IMG/VR virus record: IMGVR_UViG_3300025875_000002
Location: 64,001 to 128,000 of that record
Source of the DNA: a virus
Taxonomy: Duplodnaviria; Heunggongvirae; Uroviricota; Caudoviricetes
DNA: 64,000 nt
Reading direction: 5' to 3' (one strand)
The notes beneath the pieces were generated by a model, which worked only from the letters and a program-made list of their open reading frames with translations, was not told where the DNA came from and ran no database searches. The position numbers and the translations under genes were made by a program. Positions 26,422 to 34,471 of this stretch are shown in pieces (positions within the stretch are counted from its first letter, which is position 1; every line of letters begins with the position of its first letter).

Positions 26422-28065
26422 ATGTCAACAGCATCATTTACAACCCGCGCCGGTAGCCCGGCCGGTACAGTAGCATACGTCGCCCCGGTAGCAGGAGCCA
26501 CTTACACGGTAGAGTTTTCAAGAAACAGTTCATTCAGAACTATTCTTATTACAAAGCCTGTAATTCTAAATGATAATGCCGTAACCATTTCAATGACAGC
26601 AGCAGAGGTCGACCAGCTAGGAGACGGTTATTACAGAGTTAGAGCTACCAAGGACGATAGAGTTTGGACTCTTGTAGATGGATCAATTGATTATATTCCT
26701 AAGGCTAAGACTACTGGATTAACTGTTGCTGATGTTGTTTCAGACCCTGTTTTTATTGACGCAATTCCAACTGCTGCTGAATTAGCTGCATCACCGGAAC
26801 TAAGGGCGGCCTTTGCGCCACGCGGCCTGCGCAACCTGCCAGGCATGTACCCGCTGGGAGCACGCGCCGGAATCGGCCAGGGCTTCATCGGGACCATCAG
26901 CGGCCAGGACAATCGCTACCGCGTCACTGTCCCGTTCCAGACCAACGAGGTCCGCCTCGTGTACACCAACTGGATCGGCCCTGGCACCGCCGAACGCGAC
27001 GGCACCGCCGACCTCGTCGTGCGCGCCGGGATCGAGATGCCCGACGGCAGCTTCCGGGCGGTCTACTTCGCCGGGCAGAGGGACGTGCGCATCGGCATCG
27101 GCGGGTCTGCTGTCAGCGACCCCGTGGCCGTCGAGCACGCCGGGCCAACCGACCCCAGCCCGTTCCTCTACGTGCGCACCAAGGTCACGGCCTACACCGC
27201 CGGCACGTCGACCCTCGCGCCCGGATCGATCCCGCAGGGTCCACTCATGACCGCCACAGGCGAAGGCACCGACTCCGACCCGGCTGGCGATGTCACCACC
27301 TCCGGCACCGTCGGATCGACGTACAACTTCATGTACGTCCCCGCCGTCGTTGCGGGCAACTGCACTGACGCCGCCCCGATCATCGCCCTGATCGGGGACA
27401 GCATCACCCTGGGCAAGAACGACGGACCCGACAACTACGGCTGGGGCGCCCGTGCCGCCGAAGCTGCTCGACTGCCCTACCTGAAGCTTGCCGAGGGCGG
27501 GGTTCAGGCGCAGTACGTCTCGGTGCCCAACGGCCACGCGCGCACGTTCGCACTGGGCACCGGAGCTACCGACGCGCTGGTCATGCTCGGGACCAATGAC
27601 CTGGGAACGGCCACAGTTTCCGGGGGAGTCATCACCGCCGTGCAGATCTACCTGTACCGGATCTGGCTCGCGTGGTCGCGTCGCGGCGCCCGGGTTCGCG
27701 CCTGCACCCTGGTGCCCCGCGCAACGTCAACCGACTCCTGGGCGACCCTGGGCAACCAGACGCCCATGGCCAGCAATCCGGCTCGCATCATCATCAACGA
27801 CTGGATTCGCGCCGGTGCCCCGCTCGACGCCGCGACCAAGGCACCGGCTGCGGTCGGTGCGCCCGGCTCCATTGTCGCGGGGCAGACCGGACACCCGCTG
27901 GTCGGCTACATCGACACCGCAGATGCTGTCGAATCGGCCCGCAACTCGGGGCTGTGGATCGTCAACGGGTCGGCCAACTACGCGACCTCCGACGGAACCC
28001 ACCCCGGAGGTACGGCCTACGGCCTCATCGCGGCCAAGGTGCCCACTGCGGCGTTCACCGCCTGA
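26422..28065 (+). CDS. virion-associated protein: phage anchor domain fused to GC-rich SGNH/GDSL hydrolase
   Basis: GDSIT, LGTND, DGTHP catalytic blocks; N-terminus paralogous to 16609; AT-to-GC shift at ~26810. Confidence 0.75.
   Translation: MSTASFTTRAGSPAGTVAYVAPVAGATYTVEFSRNSSFRTILITKPVILNDNAVTISMTAAEVDQLGDGYYRVRATKDDRVWTLVDGSIDYIPKAKTTGLTVADVVSDPVFIDAIPTAAELAASPELRAAFAPRGLRNLPGMYPLGARAGIGQGFIGTISGQDNRYRVTVPFQTNEVRLVYTNWIGPGTAERDGTADLVVRAGIEMPDGSFRAVYFAGQRDVRIGIGGSAVSDPVAVEHAGPTDPSPFLYVRTKVTAYTAGTSTLAPGSIPQGPLMTATGEGTDSDPAGDVTTSGTVGSTYNFMYVPAVVAGNCTDAAPIIALIGDSITLGKNDGPDNYGWGARAAEAARLPYLKLAEGGVQAQYVSVPNGHARTFALGTGATDALVMLGTNDLGTATVSGGVITAVQIYLYRIWLAWSRRGARVRACTLVPRATSTDSWATLGNQTPMASNPARIIINDWIRAGAPLDAATKAPAAVGAPGSIVAGQTGHPLVGYIDTADAVESARNSGLWIVNGSANYATSDGTHPGGTAYGLIAAKVPTAAFTA
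26796..26815 (+). repeat. left junction site L (copy 2)
   Basis: Identical to 17046-17065. Confidence 0.9.
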
Positions 28066-28070
28066 CGGCA

Positions 28071-28087
28071 CTAAGGGGGCGCTTCGT
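28071..28087 (+). repeat. right junction site R (copy 2)
   Basis: Identical to 19194-19210; 5 nt after the payload stop codon. Confidence 0.9.
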
Positions 28088-28204
28088 GCCAGCGCGTGAC
28101 ACGGCGACACGGGGAGCTGTTGCCCAGCCTTATCTAACTGATGAAATGGTGTTTTGATACCATTAAATTTTGCATTAAGAAAAGAACAATGGTATATTAC
28201 AAAT

Positions 28205-29554
28205 ATGAAGATTGAGAAGGCAAATTGGCAGAGCGAGGGCGATAGCCTACGCATTACAATGCCATTGCAGAAGGTTGATGTTGAAAAGCGCATCGTTTCT
28301 GGTTTTGCTACTCTCGACAACGAAGATTTGCATGGTGACGTTGTAACTAAGGAAGCTTCTAATAAGGCTTTTGAGCGTTTTCGTGGTAACATTCGCTTGA
28401 TGCACCAGCCAATCCCGGCGGGTAAGTTAGTTAACTTTCGTGAGGAAGAATATTACGATTCAAAGACCGAAAAGCTGTACCGTGGAATTTACGTTGATGC
28501 GTACGTTTCTAAGGGTGCTCCTCAGGTTTGGGAAATGGTTCTAGATGGAACTCTAACGGGCTTCTCAATTGGCGGAAACGTTAAGGATGCTAAGACCGAG
28601 TTCTCTAAGGATGCAAACAAGCAGGTTCGTTACATTAAGGATTACGAGATGGTTGAGCTTTCACTCGTTGACAACCCAGCTAATCAGCTATCAAACATTT
28701 TCAGTATTCAAAAGTCAGCCGATGGAGACACTACGGTTGAAGGCATGATCACAAAGGTCGATGCTGAAAACGTATTCTACTGCAAGAAGGAGCACGACCC
28801 GGTAGCCCTTGTTGGCGCTGAGGAAAGCAAGAATTGCGTAGAGTGCGGCGCCGAGATGAAGAACATCGGATGGTTTGAAAGCGATGGCGGTGACAGAGCA
28901 GAAAAGGTTAACTCCATCGTGGAAAAGTTTGAATCTGATTCAGTTGAGGGAGGTGAAAACATGGCAAAAGCAAAGGTAATTGAAGACAAGACTGTGCAGG
29001 AGCTTGCAGAGGATGAGTCAACTACGGTTGAAACTGCCGAGGAAGTAACCCCTAAGGGTGATGAGACAGTAATCGCACCGGAAGGTGAAGAAGCTGCTTC
29101 TGCTACTAATGTAGAAGACGTAAACGTTACCGTAACAGGTACGGGTGAGTCTAAGACAGAAGAGGCTAAGGAGCTTAACGAGGCCACAGCAATCGCAGAC
29201 GGTACAGAGGCAGAAAACCCTCTAACCAAGATGTTTGAGGAACTAAGCGCGAGCATTCAGAAGTCTCTTGACGCTAATAGTGAAAAGACTGCATCAATCG
29301 TTGCAGAGGCAACCGCCGGTTTCGAAAAGAAGCTAGGCGAACTTGCTGAAAAGCACGATGAGCTTAGCAATAAGTTTGGCACACTGACTGAGAAGTTCCA
29401 GGAAGTTGAGAAGTCTCTAGAAGTTGTAGAGCAGTCGGGTGCAATTAAGAAGTCTGCGGACCTTGGCGGGGACGCAGGAGATTCTTCTCTACAGAAGAGT
29501 AATGAAAAGAGAGTTTGGAAGGGTTCTATCTTCTCATCAGCTGTAATAGGCTAA
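28205..29554 (+). CDS. capsid maturation protease fused to acidic/coiled-coil scaffold
   Basis: RIVSGFAT..D.HGDVV..MHQ..TGFSIGG..ELSLVDNPAN; leaderless promoter TTGCAT-17-TATATT. Confidence 0.9.
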   Translation: MKIEKANWQSEGDSLRITMPLQKVDVEKRIVSGFATLDNEDLHGDVVTKEASNKAFERFRGNIRLMHQPIPAGKLVNFREEEYYDSKTEKLYRGIYVDAYVSKGAPQVWEMVLDGTLTGFSIGGNVKDAKTEFSKDANKQVRYIKDYEMVELSLVDNPANQLSNIFSIQKSADGDTTVEGMITKVDAENVFYCKKEHDPVALVGAEESKNCVECGAEMKNIGWFESDGGDRAEKVNSIVEKFESDSVEGGENMAKAKVIEDKTVQELAEDESTTVETAEEVTPKGDETVIAPEGEEAASATNVEDVNVTVTGTGESKTEEAKELNEATAIADGTEAENPLTKMFEELSASIQKSLDANSEKTASIVAEATAGFEKKLGELAEKHDELSNKFGTLTEKFQEVEKSLEVVEQSGAIKKSADLGGDAGDSSLQKSNEKRVWKGSIFSSAVIG

Positions 29555-29606
29555 AGAACCACTGCAATACAAATACTTTAAATTCACTCAGGAGGTGAAA
29601 AATTAA

Positions 29607-30626
29607 ATGAATGAAAATGAACTACTAGAAAAGGTAATCGTTTCTACTGACATTGGAAGCCAGGCAGGATCAGGTCTTTTGGCCCCTGAGCAGGCAAACC
29701 AGTTCATTGATTATATGTTCGATGCTACTGTTCTTGGTTCACAGGTGCGTACAATTCGTATGCGCTCTACTGAGCAGGAAATCGACCGCATTGGTGTCGG
29801 TAAGCGTCTTATCCGTGCCGCAGTCGAGGCCGTAGACACTGGTGAGAACCAGGGTGTCTTCTTCTCAAAGATTTCTTTGACCACGAAGAAGCTACGTCTA
29901 GACTGGGAGCTTTCAGTTGAGTCCCTAGAGGACAACCTTGAAGGTGAAGCATTGGAGGATCACATCGCTCGTTTGATGGCAACTCAGGCCGGAATGGACC
30001 TAGAGGAGCTAGCAATCAATGGTGACACTGATCTAACAGACCCAACACTTGGAATCTTTGATGGTTGGAGAAAGCGTGCAATTGAGGGAACTGTTGACGG
30101 AGCAGCTCACATCATCGACCACCGTGGCGATGTGTTCAACCGCGCAGCAGCTAACTCTGCTCTTAAGGCAATGCCAAGAGAGTACATGCAGCGTCGTAAC
30201 CAGCTAAAGTTCTTCCTTGGAAGCAACTTGATTCAGGATTACCTTTACAGTCTAACCACTGACCCAGCAGCACCTACCTACGCTAACACCGCAGGTCGAG
30301 TTGTTCCTGAGGGACCAGCAGGTTTCACTGCCGGTACTCTGTTCGGTGTTCCTTACCAGGAGGTTCCACTATTCGATGAAACATACGATTACGTTGGTAC
30401 CGCTCCAACTGGTGCTGACGCTCCACCAGCAGACTCTAACTACGGCGAGGTTTGGCTTACATTCCCACAGAACCTTCTATGGGGTGTAAAGCGTGAAATC
30501 AAGGTCGTACGTGAGTACGCAGCTAAGAAGGACACAATTGAGTACACGATGTTCTGCCGTGTCGGAACCCAGGTTGAAAACACCAAGGCTTTCGTTATCG
30601 TACGTAATGTGCGCGTAGGGGCCTAA
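29607..30626 (+). CDS. major capsid protein (HK97-like fold)
   Basis: GLLAPEQANQFID..KLRLDWELS.E.LEDN.EG..ELAINGD; position; GGAGG RBS. Confidence 0.9.
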   Translation: MNENELLEKVIVSTDIGSQAGSGLLAPEQANQFIDYMFDATVLGSQVRTIRMRSTEQEIDRIGVGKRLIRAAVEAVDTGENQGVFFSKISLTTKKLRLDWELSVESLEDNLEGEALEDHIARLMATQAGMDLEELAINGDTDLTDPTLGIFDGWRKRAIEGTVDGAAHIIDHRGDVFNRAAANSALKAMPREYMQRRNQLKFFLGSNLIQDYLYSLTTDPAAPTYANTAGRVVPEGPAGFTAGTLFGVPYQEVPLFDETYDYVGTAPTGADAPPADSNYGEVWLTFPQNLLWGVKREIKVVREYAAKKDTIEYTMFCRVGTQVENTKAFVIVRNVRVGA

Positions 30627-30656
30627 CCAAAGCGTTTGACTTTGGAAGCATTAAAT

Positions 30657-30692
30657 GATAAACTCTCCTTAAGAAATTAAGGAGAGTTTATC
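30657..30692 (+). promoter_or_regulatory. 16-bp hairpin sequestering the HNH RBS, overlapped by promoter TTGACT-17-TAAACT (30636-30664)
   Basis: GATAAACTCTCCTTAA-GAAA-TTAAGGAGAGTTTATC; AAGGAG lies in the 3' arm. Confidence 0.75.
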
Positions 30693-30696
30693 ATTT

Positions 30697-31314
30697 ATGT
30701 ATGAAAAATATAAGTTAAGAAGTAGATGGTGTAAGATGCTATCTCGCTGTGAAGACGAGGATAACCCACAATATAAAGATTATGGCGGTAGGGGTGTTTT
30801 GGTTTGTGAAGAATGGCACGACTTTGGTATTTTCTTTCTATGGTGTTTGTCTAATGATTTTAGTCCAGAAAAACAGCTAGATAGAATTAATAATAATGGA
30901 AATTATAAGCCGCAAAATTGTAGATTTGTTAGTTCTAGCGAAAATAATAGAAACAAAAGAACAAACAAGATGCTTTCCATTTATGGAGAAATAAAAACTA
31001 TGATTGATTGGTCAGAAGATGATCGATGTAATGTAACGTATTACACTTTAATGCAGCGTGTTCTCCGGGGTTGGGAACCAGAAAAAGCTTTGACTGTAAT
31101 GCCAAATGATACGAGGTCTGGTAAAATTCCACATAATGCAATTCTGATAGAAGCATGGGGAGAATATAAAACTGTAACCGAATGGATTCAAGATGATCGT
31201 TGTGTTTACAAACGCCCGCAAGGAATTTGGGAAAGATTAAATAAATTTAATTGGCCAGCTGAAAAAGCTTTGTCTCAACCGCCGGGCAAAGGCAGACCCC
31301 GAGTTGGTGCTTGA
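30697..31314 (+). CDS. HNH homing endonuclease-like protein
   Basis: YKDYGGRGVLVCEEW..QLDRINNNGNY.PQNCRF..N.RN; repeated W..EKAL DNA-binding modules. Confidence 0.85.
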   Translation: MYEKYKLRSRWCKMLSRCEDEDNPQYKDYGGRGVLVCEEWHDFGIFFLWCLSNDFSPEKQLDRINNNGNYKPQNCRFVSSSENNRNKRTNKMLSIYGEIKTMIDWSEDDRCNVTYYTLMQRVLRGWEPEKALTVMPNDTRSGKIPHNAILIEAWGEYKTVTEWIQDDRCVYKRPQGIWERLNKFNWPAEKALSQPPGKGRPRVGA

Positions 31315-31392
31315 TAAAGATTAGTGTATAATGAGGGGAGTTGAGGGAAACCTTGACTCCCCTCATTACTATTAGATAAGGAATTGATAAAT

Positions 31393-31836
31393 ATGGCAAC
31401 ATTTAACGATCTAACACAGAAGGAACTTCTAGCGGTGGCCGAGATGTTTGGCACGACTGTTAAGTCAGGAGCTAACAAGGCTACAATTATGAAGGAGCTA
31501 GAGCTTGATGGCATTGATTACCAGATGTACGAGAATCAGATGAAATTAGCGATAGCCGAGGCCGGTGAAGATTTGGAGCCGCTGGATGAGGTACCGCTTG
31601 ACGAGACAGAATTGGTCTTGGTTGAGGTGCCTGTTGAGCCGGTAGTTGAAGAGCCAGTATATCGAGTAATCAAGATGACTCGTAAGAATGAGACTTATCA
31701 GATTAACGGCTATACTTTCAAGCAGGATCATCCATATGCATTGGTCAAGGAGGAAGACGCAGACTACCTAGTTGAAAACATTAAAGGTTTTCGCCCGGCA
31801 ACGGGCAAGGAGATTAGGGAGTTCTACGCTAACTAA
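31393..31836 (+). CDS. head-associated structural protein with N-terminal helix-extension-helix motif
   Basis: DLTQKELLAVAEMFG..ANKATIM; position after capsid. Confidence 0.55.
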   Translation: MATFNDLTQKELLAVAEMFGTTVKSGANKATIMKELELDGIDYQMYENQMKLAIAEAGEDLEPLDEVPLDETELVLVEVPVEPVVEEPVYRVIKMTRKNETYQINGYTFKQDHPYALVKEEDADYLVENIKGFRPATGKEIREFYAN

Positions 31837-32117
31837 TGGACTTCGTTCTATTCAAAGGAAGAGACTTTTCAGAGCCATTTAACTTTAAAAATCCTACCGG
31901 AAAGTCTATATATATAAGTGGTGATATAAAGTTGATTCTTGAACGTGGCTCTTGGGCTAGAGAATATACGCCAGGCCACGGCCTTTCGAAAACAAGGACG
32001 CAGGTCACCTGGACGATTCCGTCAGAGGAATCAGCTAATTTTGCATATAACACAATGTACTATACACTATATTTGAACGACACCGAGCTTGTGCGCGGAA
32101 TCCTAAGAGTTCAGTAA
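31836..32117 (+). CDS. hypothetical structural protein
   Basis: Coupled ORF in the late operon. Confidence 0.55.
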   Translation: MDFVLFKGRDFSEPFNFKNPTGKSIYISGDIKLILERGSWAREYTPGHGLSKTRTQVTWTIPSEESANFAYNTMYYTLYLNDTELVRGILRVQ

Positions 32118-32127
32118 GGAGAAAATT

Positions 32128-32511
32128 ATGCCAGATATTATCTTCCCGGGTGAAGATCCAGAAGCGGTCCTAGGAGTTGAAAGACTTCCGAGGAACGTGG
32201 ATTTGGAGTTCTGGAAGGGCGATTCGACAGAGTTTATTGTTAAGTTTACCGACGACGCCAACGCTCCACTGGCTCTTGCAGGGTACACTCCACTGGCTGT
32301 TATGAGGCAGACGTTTAATTCTGCTACGGTATATACATTCGTAACCAGCGTGCAGAACGGTAACGAAGTCAGAGTATATCTTCCTAGTGCAATCAGTAAG
32401 ACCATTCCTGCCGGTAGTTACATCTGGAACTTGCAGTTGACTGCTCCGAATGGCGACGTAAGGACATATTTGGCCGGTGACGTTGTAGTCGTTGCGGAGG
32501 TCGACTCATGA
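32128..32511 (+). CDS. Ig-like/BppU-like structural protein
   Basis: WKGDS..F..GSYIWNLQLT..GDVRTYLAG. Confidence 0.6.
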   Translation: MPDIIFPGEDPEAVLGVERLPRNVDLEFWKGDSTEFIVKFTDDANAPLALAGYTPLAVMRQTFNSATVYTFVTSVQNGNEVRVYLPSAISKTIPAGSYIWNLQLTAPNGDVRTYLAGDVVVVAEVDS

Positions 32512-32708
32512 CCACCGTAATAACAGTAACTGTGCCACCACCAGCAGTAGAAGTAGTTCAAGTGAAGGTTCCGGGAATTCAAGGTCCAAGCGTGCTAAGC
32601 GTTGGCCCAACGAATAGGCTAACACCAGGAATCCCAGGTTTGTGGCTCCAGACCGGTCTGGGTGATGGAACTGATTTTACTCTATGGTTTGAAGATGGTA
32701 ACTCATGA
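32508..32708 (+). CDS. small structural protein
   Basis: ATGA-coupled; VQVKVPGIQG similar to the start of 34472. Confidence 0.55.
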   Translation: MTTVITVTVPPPAVEVVQVKVPGIQGPSVLSVGPTNRLTPGIPGLWLQTGLGDGTDFTLWFEDGNS

Positions 32709-33016
32709 CACTTAGAAACGCTTTCGACGGCCTAGCTACCGAAGGAACGCTAGGTAAGATAATAGCTATCTTGCAGGGTCTACAAAGAAACACTAACTAT
32801 GCAAGAGATGTTCAAGATAGATTAAGGGTCACTGTTGATAACAGCGTAAATGCTAGCGTATCAAACGGAGCAAATAACTCTGCCACCATGCAGGGTGGTG
32901 GCCTTAATCCATTGCATTGGGGAACTAACTCATGGAATTTAGCAGACGACAGGTGGGAGTTTGGAAACGCATTAAACGGAGTATTTAATTCAACAAGAAA
33001 CAGGTGGACATTTTAA
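32705..33016 (+). CDS. hypothetical protein
   Basis: ATGA-coupled. Confidence 0.6.
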   Translation: MTLRNAFDGLATEGTLGKIIAILQGLQRNTNYARDVQDRLRVTVDNSVNASVSNGANNSATMQGGGLNPLHWGTNSWNLADDRWEFGNALNGVFNSTRNRWTF

Positions 33017-34465
33017 ATGGCATTAAGCTATAACTTTAAGCGAGGCGCTGATTTAACTAACTGGCAGTGGTTAGCACCACATCCAGCAGGTACCCTACAG
33101 CCAGGTGCCGGTATATCATACGATGGTAGCCGGTACCTATATACTGCTGTCCAGATAGGAAGCGGTAGCGTTGCTAGCACCACTCAGCTTTGGCGCTATG
33201 ACACTTGGTCTAATGGATGGCAATATATCGTTGGTCTTGCGAACTCATTTAACGGTCTGGATCTTGAATTTGACTCCGTTAGAAACGTACTGTATATCAT
33301 TAATGGTGGTAACCTTAACTCGTGGCAAACTTTCAACTTGAATAAGGTTGCTGTTACAGTGGCCAACCAGTCGATTCCAGCTTGGACGCTGGCGACAATG
33401 ACTCTCGTTTTGCCGTCAGTTGTAAACATTGGTGCATCTCTATCATCACCTGATGAGCTAAGTGTTCCAGATCAAATTGATTCTGGAACTGCCGATGCCA
33501 TTGGAAACACAACAACTGCAATTAAAGCTACCGACGCAACGGGAACATTTGGTCCCGGAATGGTAGGATTGCAGATTAGAGTAACCAGTGGAGCGCAGTC
33601 AACACAGACTCGTACAATTACTGCCGTTACTGATAAGAACAACCTTACCGTGGCACCTACTTTGCCTGCGGCATTGGCAGCAAATGATACTTTTGTTATT
33701 GAGCTTCCAAAGGACACTGCAACGGCCGGAACCACAACAACTCTGACTGACGCAACGGCCGGGTTTATCGTTAACTCTTATGCTAACTCAGACGTCATTA
33801 TTGTTTCAGGTACCGGAGCGGGTCAGCGCAGACGTATCGCTTCTAATACGGCAACAGTTTTTACTTTGGCTGCTGCTGTTACAGGAAACCCAAGAACTGG
33901 TCCGTTTGCTACCGCGCCCGACGCAACCAGCGTGTATCGTATTGTCCCTAGTTCAGATTTTTTGTATTTGCAGAATGGTGGAACTGGACTATATAGATTA
34001 GACATGGTTCAAACAACAGGTACAGCCTGGGTAACTCTAACTGCTCTGCCAGCCGCGACGGCCGGTGGAGGCAATACCCTTTACCCTTATGCATATGCTC
34101 CTTTCCAGATAGTCTGCCTAAGAGGTAGCGGAACATCAACAATTTACTTTTACAATGTGGGTACAAACGCATGGACTACAATGACGACTTACGCCGGGTC
34201 TGAAACATTTAGCACGGGAGCATCATCCGCTGCTATTCATGGCCGTAGAAAACTATTTGTTCAAAAAGAATCAAGCACTAGATGCTATACCTTTAGCATG
34301 CTTACTGGTGAGCTTGAACCAGCAGGTACTTTGCCATACGCTGCCCCTGGTGGTTTGGATGGAAAGCGTGCCAAGTTTGTTCGCACACCTGACGGCATAG
34401 AATGGATGTATTTTCTTCGTGCCGGTGGCCAGGAATTTTTCCGTGTGCCATTGGAATGGTTGTGA
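33017..34465 (+). CDS. beta-propeller (kelch-like) structural protein with inserted Thr-rich repeats
   Basis: Repeated LWRYD..W, YFYN..W blades; two TLTD..G..I..G.GAGQ.R.I repeats. Confidence 0.6.
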   Translation: MALSYNFKRGADLTNWQWLAPHPAGTLQPGAGISYDGSRYLYTAVQIGSGSVASTTQLWRYDTWSNGWQYIVGLANSFNGLDLEFDSVRNVLYIINGGNLNSWQTFNLNKVAVTVANQSIPAWTLATMTLVLPSVVNIGASLSSPDELSVPDQIDSGTADAIGNTTTAIKATDATGTFGPGMVGLQIRVTSGAQSTQTRTITAVTDKNNLTVAPTLPAALAANDTFVIELPKDTATAGTTTTLTDATAGFIVNSYANSDVIIVSGTGAGQRRRIASNTATVFTLAAAVTGNPRTGPFATAPDATSVYRIVPSSDFLYLQNGGTGLYRLDMVQTTGTAWVTLTALPAATAGGGNTLYPYAYAPFQIVCLRGSGTSTIYFYNVGTNAWTTMTTYAGSETFSTGASSAAIHGRRKLFVQKESSTRCYTFSMLTGELEPAGTLPYAAPGGLDGKRAKFVRTPDGIEWMYFLRAGGQEFFRVPLEWL

Positions 34466-34471
34466 TAAGTT

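Noticed and set aside
26800-28392. Overlapping alternate-frame ORFs in cassette 2
   Set aside because: Same GC shadow effect; the SGNH motifs lie in 26422-28065.
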